Of a stretch of 32,000 bases of DNA, positions 19,838-31,327 are shown piece by piece (positions within the stretch are counted from its first letter, which is position 1; every line of letters starts with the position of its first letter). The notes below the pieces were generated by a model that did not search any database, was not told where the DNA came from, and saw only the letters and a program-made list of their open reading frames with translations. The DNA is from Nitrosospira multiformis ATCC 25196 (GTDB taxonomy: Bacteria; Pseudomonadota; Gammaproteobacteria; Burkholderiales; Nitrosomonadaceae). Both the position numbers and the translations under genes were made by a program. The stretch is taken from contig NC_007614.1 in NCBI RefSeq assembly GCF_000196355.1, positions 2,880,001 to 2,912,000 on the forward strand. The letters are read 5' to 3'.

Positions 19838-20049
19838 CGAATTAGCCTCCGCCTTTTCTTTCCGGGGTTTCTCGCAGTCTCTCCCGCTGCTGCCCGCACC
19901 GTTTTGTGCTTCTGGCTCACCAGCATTTGATTGTCCGGAATGCAGGTCAGATAATGCGGCGTTCCGCGAGTGCGGGTTATTCTGCCAGGATGTTAAAGCT
20001 GAATGACTGGAATAAAGGAAAATAAAACGACAACTTCAAAAGCGGCAGA

Positions 20050-20589
20050 TCATTTGCAAACGTCTTCTATGGTTCCCAAATGAAATCCGAGCTGGCCGCG
20101 ACGCCGTTCCTCGAAATAACGGTTCAGCGGTTCGTGTATAACGCGGAACGCAAGTGTGTCCCAGGGAATTTCCGACTCCTGAAAAAGTTTGACGTCGAGG
20201 CTCTCGATTCCCGGTTTGAAATCAAGATCCAGGAGTCGCGCCCGAAACAACACGTGCACCTGGTTGATATGCGGCAAGCTATAAATCGAATAGAGTTCGC
20301 CCATTTCCACCCGCGCATTTGCCTCTTCCCAGGTCTCACGTTCGGCTCCCTGAGCCAGCGACTCGGCATTTTCCATGAAACCGGCGGGCAACGTCCATAA
20401 GCCGTGGCGCGGTTCGATGGCGCGCCGACAGAGCAATATCTTATCCTCCCATTCCGGGATACAACCCACCACAATCTTCGGGTTCTCGTAATGAATAATG
20501 CTGCAAGTGGAACAAACATGACGCGGCAGCGTATCGCCTTCAGGGATACGCAATTGCACAGGCATGCCACAGTTACTGCAGTATTTCAT
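20050..20589 (-). CDS. NUDIX hydrolase with N-terminal zinc ribbon
   Basis: 179 aa. Zinc-ribbon CSNCGMPV...CSTCSIIHYENP and Nudix-box-like GFMENAESLAQGAERETWEEANARV. Confidence 0.9.
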   Translation of the reverse strand: MKYCSNCGMPVQLRIPEGDTLPRHVCSTCSIIHYENPKIVVGCIPEWEDKILLCRRAIEPRHGLWTLPAGFMENAESLAQGAERETWEEANARVEMGELYSIYSLPHINQVHVLFRARLLDLDFKPGIESLDVKLFQESEIPWDTLAFRVIHEPLNRYFEERRRGQLGFHLGTIEDVCK

Positions 20590-20719
20590 CAGCGCTGATT
20601 TTAGATAACCCGTTAGGAAAACGTTATTTTAAAAGGAAAATTCTTTGGCTAAACCGCATATGCATGTAATCCAGAGATGAGCTTATCCGTCTTACCTGCT
20701 TCCTTTCACATCTCGCATC

Positions 20720-21874
20720 TTACTCCGATTCCCTCGCATCTTTTCTGAATGGGGCGCTCTCCTCCAGTGCGTGGATGTAGCGATCGATGTCCCGCGTTTC
20801 CCGCTCTAGGTAGCCTTCTATTGCAGCAGCAAATTCAGAATGAACCAGCCAATGGGCCGACCAGGTTCTCACCGGCAGAAATCCACGGGCAAGTTTATGT
20901 TCGCCCTGGGCACCGCCCTCAAACAAAGAGAGACCATTTGCGATGCAGTATTGGATGGCTTGATAATAGCAGGTTTCGAAATGCAGCCCCGGCACGAATT
21001 CCCGCGCGCCCCAGTAACGTCCGTACAATGTGTGCGAGTTATGGATATTGAAAGCAACGCCGATCGGCTTCTTGTTCTGCAGCGCCAGAATCAACAGAAT
21101 GTTTTCCGGCATGCTTTTGCCGAGCCGGAGGAAGAATTCCAGATTCAGGTAGGGCCTGGAGTGGTGCTCGCGGTATGTATTGTTGTAGCAATCGATAAAG
21201 AAGTTCCAGCGGTCCTCGTCCATATCATTTCCTGAGAGCCATTCGAAGTGGATACCCAGGTCCTGTACCTTGCGCCGTTCCTGCCGGATCTTCTTGCGTT
21301 TGCTGTAACTCATTCCTCCCAGAAAATCCTCGAAATTCTCATAACCTCTTCCCGGCCGGTTCTTCCAGTGAAACTGGACGCCGCATCGCAACATCATCCC
21401 CGCCCTCTCCATTTCCCGCGCCTCATGCTCCAGGGGAAACAGGCAATGTAACGACGACATGCCTGCTCCGGCATTTCCCTTTCGCACTATCGCAAGAGCG
21501 GTTGAAACGAGCAATGCGCGCTGTTCGGAAGTTTGGGCAAGCAGCCGCTTTCCAGTGACAGGACTGAATGGTATGGCACTCAGGAGCTTGGGGTAGTAGT
21601 CATGACCGGCACGTTCATAAGCATTTGCCCACGCCCAGTCGAACACATACTCTCCATAGGAATGGTTTTTGAGATACAACGGCATCGCACCCTGCAAAAT
21701 GCCTCCCTCCCAGAGAGTAACGAACCGGGGCAACCATCCCGTTCTTTTCGAGGCGCATCCAGCTTCGTGCAGCGCGGAAAAAAATTCATGCCGCAGGAAC
21801 GGGTCGTCACCTGCCAGCGCGTTCCATGCAGGAGCAGATATATGCTCGGGAGACTCCGTTACTTTTATTTCCAA
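20720..21874 (-). CDS. GNAT-like N-acyltransferase (peptidogalycan biosysnthesis/recognition, DUF482-like)
   Basis: 384 aa with NDPFLRHEFFSALHEAGCASKRTGWLPRFVTLWE, YLKNHSYGEYVFDWAWANAY, RGRPGYENFEDFLGGMSYSKRKKIRQERRKV and QGEHKLARGFLPVRTWSAHW, characteristic of this family. Confidence 0.9.
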   Translation of the reverse strand: MEIKVTESPEHISAPAWNALAGDDPFLRHEFFSALHEAGCASKRTGWLPRFVTLWEGGILQGAMPLYLKNHSYGEYVFDWAWANAYERAGHDYYPKLLSAIPFSPVTGKRLLAQTSEQRALLVSTALAIVRKGNAGAGMSSLHCLFPLEHEAREMERAGMMLRCGVQFHWKNRPGRGYENFEDFLGGMSYSKRKKIRQERRKVQDLGIHFEWLSGNDMDEDRWNFFIDCYNNTYREHHSRPYLNLEFFLRLGKSMPENILLILALQNKKPIGVAFNIHNSHTLYGRYWGAREFVPGLHFETCYYQAIQYCIANGLSLFEGGAQGEHKLARGFLPVRTWSAHWLVHSEFAAAIEGYLERETRDIDRYIHALEESAPFRKDARESE

Positions 21875-21973
21875 TTTGGCAATTCCAGCGCTTTTTCCGC
21901 CTGGGACTCGTCCCCGGAGTTCGTTCTGGTATCATGTAAGCATAAAAACAGACCAGCCCAATTGACCGTCCAG

Positions 21974-23590
21974 ATGAAGCTCGCCATTGCTCAGATCAAT
22001 TGTACAGTCGGCGACCTCGGAGGCAATACCCGAAAGATCCTCGATTACGCCAATCAGGCAAAAAATGCGGGAGCCAGACTGGTCGTAACCCCCGAACTCG
22101 CCTTGTCCGGATACCCCCCCGAAGACCTGTTATTGCGCCACGGATTCCGGCATGCATGCCAGAATGCGCTTACAGAGTTGGCTGGCAAGACAGGCGATAT
22201 CACCGTTGTAGTCGGACATCCTCATCTTGCCGCGGATAAACTGTACAACGCTGCATCGGTAATACGCAACGGTAAAATCATCGCTACGTATCTGAAAAAT
22301 CTTTTGCCTAACGATAGCGTATTCGATGAACGACGTTACTTCGAACCGGGCTTCCGACCCTGCGTGTTCGAACTGGATGGAATCAGATTCGCTATCAACA
22401 TTTGTCAGGACATCTGGCAGGAAGGTTCCGCCACACGTGCAAAAGAAGGCGGGGCGGAGGTGCTGCTGGTGCTGAATGCTTCCCCTTATCACATGAACAA
22501 ACAGGCGTTGCGCTACGATCTGGCTCGGAAGCGTATCGATGAAACGGGGCTGTCGATCGTATATGCCAATCTTATTGGAGGCCAGGATGAACTAATATTC
22601 GATGGTGCATCTTTCGCCATGAACGCCAGAGGCGACGTGACTCATCAGTTCGATGCGCTCGTGGAAGCACTCGGCATGGTCGAATTGGAGGGGGCTGCGC
22701 CCGTAACGACAGAAATCGCACCGCTTGAAAGTCTGGAAGCGAACGTTTATAAAGCGCTCTGTCTCGGAGTAAAGGACTATATAGGAAAAAACCGCATTCC
22801 TGGCGTATTGCTGGGGCTATCAGGGGGCGTGGATTCGGCGCTCACCATGACGATTGCGGCGGATGCCCTGGGTGCAGACAAAGTAAAAGCAGTGATGATG
22901 CCCTCACGGTTCACTGCCGACATGAGCTTGCTGGATGCCCGCACTATGGCGCAAACATTGGGGGTGCGCTATACCGAATTCCCAATTGAACCGGTATTTG
23001 GAGAATTCAAGGATACGCTTGCCAAAGAATTTGCCGCGTTGCCCCCTTCTGACGTCCCGGATCTTACCGAGGAAAATCTGCAAGCCCGGATACGCGGAAC
23101 TTTGCTGATGGCGTTATCCAATAAATCCGGCGCCATCGTCCTCATCACGGGCAATAAATCCGAAACAGCCGTAGGCTACTCCACTCTATATGGGGATACG
23201 GCAGGGGGCTTTGCCGTCTTGAAAGATGTCACCAAAACCATGGTGTACAAGTTATGCCAGTACCGTAACGGGGTAGGAAAAGTTATTCCGGACCGTGTTC
23301 TCAGTCGCGCCCCTTCAGCGGAATTGCGTCCCGATCAGACTGACCAGGATAGTCTTCCGCCGTATGCAGTTCTGGATGCTATTCTGGAAGAATATGTGGA
23401 ACATGATATGTCGCTTGAGGAAATTCTGCGCATGGGCTACGACGAAAGGGATGCGCGCCGCGTCGTGCAACTGATCCGGCAGAATGAATACAAGCGGCGG
23501 CAGTCTCCACCCGGCATTCGCGTGACCTCCCGCGCATTCGGCAAGGACTGGCGTTATCCTATAACAGCGCGGTATCAGGACCAGTTTTAG
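21974..23590 (+). CDS. nadE: Glutamine-dependent NAD+ synthase
   Basis: 538 aa from the ATG at 21974 (MKLAIAQINCTVGDLGGN). The track start at 21533 is an upstream extension antisense to the GNAT gene. Nitrilase domain INICQDIW and NAD synthase PP-loop LGLSGGVDSALTMTIAADALG. Confidence 0.96.
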   Translation: MKLAIAQINCTVGDLGGNTRKILDYANQAKNAGARLVVTPELALSGYPPEDLLLRHGFRHACQNALTELAGKTGDITVVVGHPHLAADKLYNAASVIRNGKIIATYLKNLLPNDSVFDERRYFEPGFRPCVFELDGIRFAINICQDIWQEGSATRAKEGGAEVLLVLNASPYHMNKQALRYDLARKRIDETGLSIVYANLIGGQDELIFDGASFAMNARGDVTHQFDALVEALGMVELEGAAPVTTEIAPLESLEANVYKALCLGVKDYIGKNRIPGVLLGLSGGVDSALTMTIAADALGADKVKAVMMPSRFTADMSLLDARTMAQTLGVRYTEFPIEPVFGEFKDTLAKEFAALPPSDVPDLTEENLQARIRGTLLMALSNKSGAIVLITGNKSETAVGYSTLYGDTAGGFAVLKDVTKTMVYKLCQYRNGVGKVIPDRVLSRAPSAELRPDQTDQDSLPPYAVLDAILEEYVEHDMSLEEILRMGYDERDARRVVQLIRQNEYKRRQSPPGIRVTSRAFGKDWRYPITARYQDQF

Positions 23591-23710
23591 GAGCGATCTG
23601 GAAGAAGTGCGCAAAAGCCATGTCAGCGGATTAAAATGGCGGTATGCTGCGAATACCGGAAGCCGCGAGGAAAAGGCCTCTTATGGCTTTGTGATCAACA
23701 TGATGAGTAA

Positions 23711-24061
<351 letters not shown>

Positions 24062-24337
24062 ACCAATCTCTGCTCATGATGGTTCGCTTGAGGATCGAGA
24101 GTGGCCCGATGGTCAGCGAACCGGGATGATAAACGGCCATATTCATTCAGTAAGGGGGAAATCGGTGGCCACACATGACTGAACCAGAATAAGCCCGTTC
24201 CATTCATCCAGAGGATTGAATCCACCCTTGCACTCTCCCTGATTCCTGCCCGCCTAATCCCGCTCCTTCCATTGCCTTCCGGTATACCTCGCCCTTGTCA
24301 CGTGGAACTTCACGCGGGAAGCGGTATCTTATCGACC

Positions 24338-25846
24338 ATGAAATTGCGCCACATATTGCTTTTTTTGCCGGCACTATTCACGGCGAATGCCCATGCCGAA
24401 GGCCTGCCGGACCTGGGCGATGTATCTCAAGCAACCATATCTCCAAGAGAAGAGCGGGAGCTTGGGCTGAAAATAATGTCCGAGATCCGTTCGGACCCCA
24501 GCTACCTGAACGACGCGGAAATTGACGCCTACCTCACCCGTCTCGGCAGTCGTCTGATTTCAGGTTCCACTGAGGCGCGCCCCGAACAGGAGTTCGAGTT
24601 TTTTGCCCTCCAGGACCCGGCTCTCAATGCATTTGCATTACCGGGAGGTTTCATGGGATTCAATAGCGGCCTGATTCTCGCGGCGCAGTCGGAATCCGAA
24701 TTGGCAGGAGTGATGGCACACGAAATCGCGCATGTCACGCAGAAGCATCTCGCGCGCATGATCGCCGGGCAAAAGTACAGCATGCTGACTTCCCTCGCCT
24801 CGATGGCGGTAGCTATCCTGGCTTCTCGCGCCAATCCCCAGGCGGGGCAGGCTATTCTCGTGGCCTCGCAGGCAGGGCAGATTCAGAAACAATTGAACTT
24901 CACCCGAGAGCATGAAAAAGAGGCGGATAGAATCGGCCTCGGTATATTGACCGGGGCGGGACTTGATCCACGGGGTATGGCCGATTTTTTCGAGCGCATG
25001 CAGAGAGCAACCCGCTTTCTTGAAAACGGCGCCCCTTCATATCTGCGCACTCATCCCGTTACATTCGAACGCATCGCTGATATCGAAGGCCGCACGCAGA
25101 GCTTGCCCTACCGACAGGTACCGGACAGTCTGGATTTCCAGTTGGTGAGGGCCAAATTACGGGCCTCCATAGAGAAACCCGCCGATGCCGTTAACTATTT
25201 CGAATCGATTCTGCGTGAAAAACGATACACCAATGAGACGGTGGAACGGTATGGACTCGTAACAGCCCTGCTGCGGAGCAGAGAGTACCAACGCGCAGAC
25301 AAGGAACTGCTGCGCCTGTATGACAGCCTGCAGCCCGAGGGCGCAGGGACCCTCCAGAATCATCGACTCGGAGCTTCCATTCGGATTCAGCGCAGCATGC
25401 CCCCCTCCAGTCCCATGGTGGAAACCCTGGCGGCCCGTGTCAAACTCGCCGCCGGGCAGACCGCCGAAGCCTTGGATATCTATCAAGCCGCGCTAGCGAT
25501 ATTCCCGCAGCACCGCGCGTTAATCTACGATTACATCGAGGCGCTTCTGAGCAAAGTCAGTGCGCAGGATGCGCTCGACTTCATCAACCGGCAATTACAG
25601 TTCGACCCGAATGACGTGCGCCTCTATAGATTGCAGGCGCAAAGCCATGAAGCCCTGGGAAACGCTCTGTTGCAACATCAGGCGCTGGCCGAAGTGTATT
25701 CCCGCCAGGGTAATTACCCTGCAGCAATCGAGCAGTTGCAGATCGCGCTTAAAACAGATGAGGGCGACTTCTACCAGATGTCGAGCGTGGAAGCACGTCT
25801 CCGGGAATTGCGGGAACTGGCTGCCAACGAATCCAAAAAAAAATAG
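24338..25846 (+). CDS. M48 family periplasmic metalloprotease with TPR-like C-terminus (BepA/YfgC-like)
   Basis: 502 aa from the ATG at 24338 (MKLRHILLFLPALFTANAHA signal peptide). HEIAHVTQKH zinc motif, ALNAFALPGGFMGFNSGLI, and helical-repeat C-terminus. Confidence 0.92.
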   Translation: MKLRHILLFLPALFTANAHAEGLPDLGDVSQATISPREERELGLKIMSEIRSDPSYLNDAEIDAYLTRLGSRLISGSTEARPEQEFEFFALQDPALNAFALPGGFMGFNSGLILAAQSESELAGVMAHEIAHVTQKHLARMIAGQKYSMLTSLASMAVAILASRANPQAGQAILVASQAGQIQKQLNFTREHEKEADRIGLGILTGAGLDPRGMADFFERMQRATRFLENGAPSYLRTHPVTFERIADIEGRTQSLPYRQVPDSLDFQLVRAKLRASIEKPADAVNYFESILREKRYTNETVERYGLVTALLRSREYQRADKELLRLYDSLQPEGAGTLQNHRLGASIRIQRSMPPSSPMVETLAARVKLAAGQTAEALDIYQAALAIFPQHRALIYDYIEALLSKVSAQDALDFINRQLQFDPNDVRLYRLQAQSHEALGNALLQHQALAEVYSRQGNYPAAIEQLQIALKTDEGDFYQMSSVEARLRELRELAANESKKK

Positions 25847-26047
25847 AGTTTGTCAGATTCGATTCTACCGGCTGAATAATAGATATCCGCCCTTGCCTAC
25901 CGCTGCCTTCCTTTGGGGAGGCTCTGGCGGTCTGGGGAGCGCGCTCCTACAGGAAGAATTCGCGGATAGCCAAACCCCTGCTCCCTTGATAAAATCGGAT
26001 TCTTCCCACGCATAATCCACAGATCATCATCAAACTCAGGAACAACC

Positions 26048-27289
26048 ATGACAAGACATTTTGGCCCAACTAAAAACATTGGCACCTTCTATCCACCCCA
26101 GCGCGTCCTGATGGGTCCGGGACCTTCCGACACGCATCCCCGGGTTCTCGCGGCAATGGCTCGTCCCACGCTGGGTCATCTCGACCCGGTATTCACGGAC
26201 ATGATGGAAGAATTGAAAAGCTTGCTGCGGTATGCCTTTCAGACTTCCAATCTCCTGACCTTCCCGGTTTCAGGCCCGGGCTCGGTAGGCATGGAAATGT
26301 GCTTCGTCAATATGGTGAACCCTGGCGACAAGGTAATCGTGTGCCGCAATGGGGTATTTGGGGGACGCATGATCGAGAACGTTCAGCGTTGCGGAGGCAC
26401 CGCCGTGGTGGTGGAAGACAAGTGGGGCGCCCCGGTCGATCCGCAAAAGGTGGAAGATGCCCTGAAGCAGAATCCCGACGCAAAGATTGTCGCTTTCGTT
26501 CACGCGGAGACTTCCACCGGGGCTCTGTCGGATGCCAGAACGCTTTGCGAAATCGCCCATCGCCATAACTGCCTCACTATCGTCGACACGGTCACCTCCC
26601 TCGGCGGCTCTCCGCTAAAGGTGGACGAGTGGAAGATCGATGCCATCTACTCCGGCAGCCAGAAATGCCTGTCATGTCCCCCCGGCCTGTCGCCCATCAG
26701 TTTCTCGGAACGAGTGGTTGATCTCGTCAAAAGCCGCAAAACCAAGGTGCAAAGCTGGTTCATGGACCTGAACCTTCTGTTCGGCTACTGGGGAAGCACG
26801 CGTACTTACCACCATACCGCTCCTACCAATGCGCTCTATGCCTTGCACGAATCACTGCTGATGTTGTATGAGGAAGGATTGGAGCATTCCTGGGCCCGTC
26901 ATCAGCGTAACCATGAAGCACTCAAGGCTGGATTTGAAACACTCGGGATGGAGTATCTCGTGGAGGAGAACTCTCGCCTGCCGCAGCTTAATTCGGTCCA
27001 CGTGCCGCAGGGAATCGATGAGAAAGAGGTGCGCCGCAGATTGCTCGTTGACTACAGTCTCGAAATCGGCGCGGGCCTCGGGGATTTTGCGGGCAAGATC
27101 TGGCGTTTCGGCCTCATGGGTTACTCAAGCCGGATGGAAAATGTCATGCTGTGCCTGGGTGCTTTGGAAGCGGTATTATCCGATATGGGTATGAAAATCG
27201 AACAGGGCACAGCGGAAGCAGCAGCACATCAGGCCTACGCCGCTCATCCGTTGCCGGTGGAAAGTAAAAAGACCGCCAAGGCAGCGTGA
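26048..27289 (+). CDS. PLP-dependent alanine/serine-glyoxylate aminotransferase family protein
   Basis: 413 aa: [79 protein letters not shown] (class V aminotransferase). Confidence 0.9.
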   Translation: MTRHFGPTKNIGTFYPPQRVLMGPGPSDTHPRVLAAMARPTLGHLDPVFTDMMEELKSLLRYAFQTSNLLTFPVSGPGSVGMEMCFVNMVNPGDKVIVCRNGVFGGRMIENVQRCGGTAVVVEDKWGAPVDPQKVEDALKQNPDAKIVAFVHAETSTGALSDARTLCEIAHRHNCLTIVDTVTSLGGSPLKVDEWKIDAIYSGSQKCLSCPPGLSPISFSERVVDLVKSRKTKVQSWFMDLNLLFGYWGSTRTYHHTAPTNALYALHESLLMLYEEGLEHSWARHQRNHEALKAGFETLGMEYLVEENSRLPQLNSVHVPQGIDEKEVRRRLLVDYSLEIGAGLGDFAGKIWRFGLMGYSSRMENVMLCLGALEAVLSDMGMKIEQGTAEAAAHQAYAAHPLPVESKKTAKAA

Positions 27290-27310
27290 TTGCAGGATAA
27301 GTGAAGAGAA

Positions 27311-27350
27311 GCGCGGGTTCCTCCCGGATGGAGAGGCCCGCGCCAGGTTT
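27311..27350. terminator. Candidate terminator hairpin between convergent aminotransferase and metF genes
   Basis: GCGCGGG (27311-27317) pairs with CCCGCGC (27337-27343), with internal CTCC/GGAG. A short T-run (GGTTTT) follows on the + strand. Confidence 0.45.
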
Positions 27351-27498
27351 TCATCAGTGCTCCTACCCAATTTATCCCATTTCCGGATCAGTTCCCATTT
27401 GTTCGCCGTCTTCGCTCCCCCATCACCGTGCTGGCCGCCCGGTCTTCGTTGCCCGCTCACCCGCTTCTCGTGAGCATTCGATCTGAAAATGGGGTGAA

Positions 27499-28344
27499 CT
27501 ACAGCCCCAATCTTTGCCAAACAGTTGTCGTTAGTCCTGCCGAGTTCAACGTATAGAAATGCAATCCGGGTGCACCGGCATTCAGTAGTCGAGCGCACAG
27601 ATCGGTAACGACATCCAGGCCGAAGGCGCGTATGGAAGCAGTGTCATCTCCATAACCTTCCAGCCGCTTCCTGATCCAGCGCGGTATTTCCGCCCCGCAG
27701 GTATCCGAGAATCGGGCAAGCTGGGAAAATCTATTGATTGGCATGATGCCGGGAACCACCGGAATATTGATGCCCATCGCCTCACATGAATCGACGAAGT
27801 CAAAATAGGCATCCGCGTTGTAAAAATACTGGGTAATGGCCGAGTCCGCTCCGGCTTCGATTTTACGCTTGAAATTCCTCAAGTCTTCCTGAGCAGTTCT
27901 GGCTTGTGGATGGTACTCGGGATAGGACGCCACATCGATATGGAAGGCGTTGCCGTACTCGCGGCGAATAAAGGCTACCAGTTCGTTGGCATAGCGGAAC
28001 TCTCCTCCTTGCGCCATTCCCGAAGGCAGGTCCCCCCGTAGCGCAATCAGATGGCGAATGCCGCTGCTGCGGTACTGTTCCAGCATGGCGCGGATGTTTT
28101 CGCGGGTTGCGCCAATACAGGAAAGATGGGGAGCAGCGATGAGGCCCTCTGCCTGAATCTCGAGCACAGTCTCCAGGGTACGATCGCGTGTCGATCCTCC
28201 CGCGCCGAAGGTTACCGAGAAGAATTTCGGCTTAAGTTGCGCAAGTTGACTGCGCGTAGCGCGCAGCTTCTCTATTCCTTCCGCAGTCTGCGGCGGAAAA
28301 AACTCGAAGCTGAATGTGGGAACAAATTTTTTTTGAGATTCCAT
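27499..28344 (-). CDS. metF: Methylenetetrahydrofolate reductase
   Basis: 281 aa with TFSFEFFPPQTAEGIEKL, FFSVTFGAGGSTRDRT, LIALRGDLP, ADSAITQYFYNADAYFDF, IPVVPGIMPINRF. Confidence 0.96.
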   Translation of the reverse strand: MESQKKFVPTFSFEFFPPQTAEGIEKLRATRSQLAQLKPKFFSVTFGAGGSTRDRTLETVLEIQAEGLIAAPHLSCIGATRENIRAMLEQYRSSGIRHLIALRGDLPSGMAQGGEFRYANELVAFIRREYGNAFHIDVASYPEYHPQARTAQEDLRNFKRKIEAGADSAITQYFYNADAYFDFVDSCEAMGINIPVVPGIMPINRFSQLARFSDTCGAEIPRWIRKRLEGYGDDTASIRAFGLDVVTDLCARLLNAGAPGLHFYTLNSAGLTTTVWQRLGL

Positions 28345-28431
28345 GGCAAAGCGGAAAAGCGCGGAGAGGGTAAAAAGATGGTGTTCTAATCCCCTCTTTC
28401 CTTCACCGCGCTAATCCAGACCTGAAAAAAA

Positions 28432-29871
28432 TCAATAACGGTACATTGTCGGCTTATACGGCCCGTCAATGTCCAGATTCAGGTAGCTCGCCTGTTCCTC
28501 CGTCAGTCGCGTAAGTTTGGCGCCAAGCTTTTTGAGATGTAATCGCGCTACTTTTTCATCCAGATGCTTGGGCAGCACGTAGACGTTTTTCTGGTAGCTG
28601 GCGCCATTCTGCCAAAGCTCAATTTGTGCCAGAACCTGATTGGTGAATGAAGTCGACATGACAAAGGAAGGGTGTCCTGTTGCACAGCCAAGATTCACCA
28701 GTCGTCCCTTTGCCAGCACAATGATACGGCGGCCGGTAGGAAAAATGACGTGATCGACCTGCGGCTTGATATTCTCCCATTGGTACTTCTGAACCGAAGC
28801 AATATCGATTTCGGAATCGAAGTGGCCAATATTACAGACGATTGCCTGGTCTTTCATTCGCACCATGTGATCATGGGTGATGACTCGCAGATTACCGGTG
28901 GCAGTCACGAAAATGTCGGCCTGATCGCAGGCTTCATCTAGGGTAACGACACGATAACCTTCCATTGCCGCTTGCAGTGCGCAAATGGGATCAATTTCCG
29001 TTATCCATACGGTGGCTCCAAGGCCGCGCAGGGATTGAGCGCAGCCTTTGCCGACATCCCCGTAACCACACACTATGGCGATCTTTCCGGCAATCATGAC
29101 ATCGGTCGCCCGCTTGATCCCGTCAACCAGAGACTCGCGGCAACCGTATAGATTGTCGAATTTGGATTTGGTGACGGAATCATTCACGTTGAATGCCGGA
29201 AACGGCAACTCGCCTTTCTTTTGCATTTCATACAGACGATGGACGCCGGTAGTTGTTTCCTCCGTCACCCCCCTGATACTGGCGCGCCGGGTGGAGTACC
29301 AGTTCGGGCTGACGCTCAAGCGCTTGCGAATGGCAGCAAACAAGGCCTGCTCTTCTTCGTTGGCAGGACTGGCGATGACAGACGGATCTTCTTCCGCCCT
29401 GCTGCCGAGGAGAATGAGCAAGGTGGCGTCGCCGCCATCATCCAGAATCATATTGGGACTGTCATTCCCCTCCGGGGTATCCCCTCGCCATTCAAAGATA
29501 CGGTGGGTATATTCCCAATATTCATCCAGAGATTCGCCCTTATGGGCAAATACGGGAATGCCTTCTGCAGCAATGGCCGCGGCGGCATGGTCCTGGGTCG
29601 AGAAAATGTTGCACGAAGCCCATCGTACTTGAGCTCCTAGCTTGGTGAGCGTTTCGATCAGTACCGCGGTCTGAATGGTCATGTGGAGGGAACCGGCAAT
29701 GCGTGCCCCTGCAAGAGGCTTGGCACCGGCATGCTCTTCCCGTAGCGCCATCAGACCCGGCATCTCCGTCTCGGCAATGGCAATTTCCTTGCGCCCCCAT
29801 TCCGCCAGGGACATATCGGCAACTTTATAGTCGGTGAAACCCGCGGAAGCAGGACTGAGCACAGCGTTCAT
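28432..29871 (-). CDS. ahcY: Adenosylhomocysteinase
   Basis: 479 aa: [100 protein letters not shown]. Confidence 0.97.
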   Translation of the reverse strand: MNAVLSPASAGFTDYKVADMSLAEWGRKEIAIAETEMPGLMALREEHAGAKPLAGARIAGSLHMTIQTAVLIETLTKLGAQVRWASCNIFSTQDHAAAAIAAEGIPVFAHKGESLDEYWEYTHRIFEWRGDTPEGNDSPNMILDDGGDATLLILLGSRAEEDPSVIASPANEEEQALFAAIRKRLSVSPNWYSTRRASIRGVTEETTTGVHRLYEMQKKGELPFPAFNVNDSVTKSKFDNLYGCRESLVDGIKRATDVMIAGKIAIVCGYGDVGKGCAQSLRGLGATVWITEIDPICALQAAMEGYRVVTLDEACDQADIFVTATGNLRVITHDHMVRMKDQAIVCNIGHFDSEIDIASVQKYQWENIKPQVDHVIFPTGRRIIVLAKGRLVNLGCATGHPSFVMSTSFTNQVLAQIELWQNGASYQKNVYVLPKHLDEKVARLHLKKLGAKLTRLTEEQASYLNLDIDGPYKPTMYRY

Positions 29872-29894
29872 AATATTTTCTCCTGAAAATGAAC

Positions 29895-29962
29895 GAGCGC
29901 CGTTGTAGCGATCCTTCCTTGCCGAGCCTCGCGGGACAATGCCCGTTGCAGCGCTCCTCGGT
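29895..29962 (-). promoter_or_regulatory. SAH (S-adenosylhomocysteine) riboswitch upstream of ahcY
   Basis: Minus-strand sequence CCGAGGAGCGCTGCAACGGGCATTGTCCCGCGAGGCTCGG...ACAACGGCGCTC. P1 pairs CCGAG/CTCGG, an inner hairpin pairs CGGG/CCCG, and the pseudoknot pairs GAGCGC/GCGCTC. Followed by an AGGAG ribosome binding site and the ahcY ATG at 29871. Confidence 0.88.
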
Positions 29963-29985
29963 CTGGAAGGGTGGGTGATGTGATC

Positions 29986-31185
29986 TTAAGCCTGAAGACT
30001 GAGCGGTTCGGTTTCCGCGGGTTCAATTCCCGCTTCCTCGCGCAACTGTGCAGCCTTATCCGTCGATTCCCAGCTGAATTCCGGTTCGTCCCGGCCAAAA
30101 TGGCCATAGGCAGCTGTCTTCTCGTAGATGGGACGCAGCAGATCAAGGCCGTGGATGATGCCGCGCGGACGCAGATCGAAGTGCCGCTCAATCAGTTTGA
30201 CGATTTTATCGTCCGGAATTTTTCCGGTTCCAAAAGTGTCCACCATCAGCGAAACGGGGCGGGCAACTCCGATCGCATAAGCCATCTGTACCTCGCATCT
30301 ACTGGCGATACCGGCCGCAACAAGATTCTTTGCCACATATCGTCCGGCATAAGCAGCGGAACGATCTACTTTGGACGGATCCTTGCCGGAGAAGGCGCCC
30401 CCGCCATGGTGCGCGGTACCTCCATAGCTGTCGACGATAATCTTCCGTCCGGTCAGTCCGCAATCTCCCATGGGGCCGCCCACTACGAAACGTCCTGTGG
30501 GGTTGATCAGATACCGCGTTTCGCCACTCAGCATTTTTTTCGGAAGCACGGGTTTGATGACTTCCTCAATAATGGCCTCGCTCAAATCGGTGTGACTGAT
30601 GTCCGGGTGATGTTGTGTGGAAATGACAACGGTCTCGATTCGCTGCGGCTTGCCGTCCAGGTAACGTACTGAAACCTGCGATTTTGCATCCGGACGCAGC
30701 CACGGGAGGCGTCCGTCTTTCCGCAGTTCCGCCTGGCGCTCCATCAACCGGTGGGCATAGTAGATCGGCATGGGCATCAATTGCGGCGTCTCATCGCAGG
30801 CGTAGCCGAACATGAGACCCTGGTCACCCGCCCCCTGATCCATTTCCTCTTCCTTGGTGCGGTTGACCCCGCGCGCGATATCAGGGGATTGCTTATTGAA
30901 AGCAGTCAGCACTGCACAGGTATTATAGTCAAAGCCGATATCGGAACTGTTGTAACCGATGCGCTTGACCGCGGCGCGCGCGACCTGCATGTAGTCCACA
31001 TTGGCCTGAGTGGTGATTTCGCCCGACATGACGATCAGACCGGTACTGCATAACGTTTCGCAAGCTACCCGTGCATTGGGATCCTGAGCCAGGATGGCGT
31101 CGAGGATGGAATCGGAAATTTGATCGGCCACCTTATCGGGATGACCTTCAGACACGGATTCGGAGGTAAAAAGATATTCGCTCAT
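29986..31185 (-). CDS. metK: S-adenosylmethionine synthetase
   Basis: 399 aa: [75 protein letters not shown]. Confidence 0.98.
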   Translation of the reverse strand: MSEYLFTSESVSEGHPDKVADQISDSILDAILAQDPNARVACETLCSTGLIVMSGEITTQANVDYMQVARAAVKRIGYNSSDIGFDYNTCAVLTAFNKQSPDIARGVNRTKEEEMDQGAGDQGLMFGYACDETPQLMPMPIYYAHRLMERQAELRKDGRLPWLRPDAKSQVSVRYLDGKPQRIETVVISTQHHPDISHTDLSEAIIEEVIKPVLPKKMLSGETRYLINPTGRFVVGGPMGDCGLTGRKIIVDSYGGTAHHGGGAFSGKDPSKVDRSAAYAGRYVAKNLVAAGIASRCEVQMAYAIGVARPVSLMVDTFGTGKIPDDKIVKLIERHFDLRPRGIIHGLDLLRPIYEKTAAYGHFGRDEPEFSWESTDKAAQLREEAGIEPAETEPLSLQA

Positions 31186-31327
31186 TTTGTCCAGCCCGCT
31201 TAATCGTAAAAGGTCTGTAGAATACCAAATTCTACGCTTATTAAGAAGACGGATAATACAATACGGCTTGACATGCCGATGTTTCCATACCTCGTGCTGT
31301 GATTCTTATTCTTGCAACGCTTGATGA

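Noticed and set aside
21533-21973. N-terminal extension of the nadE ORF
   Set aside because: The extension is antisense to the GNAT gene and precedes the canonical start MKLAIAQINCTVGDLG at 21974.
23630-23650. TGGCGG...CTGCG considered as a sigma-54 promoter for the P-II gene
   Set aside because: The spacing of the -24 GG and -12 GC elements is off by one base and the match is poor.
29971-30672. 233-aa plus-strand ORF antisense to metK
   Set aside because: Lies wholly opposite the unambiguous metK coding sequence; composition looks like codon-bias shadow and the translation has no recognisable domain.
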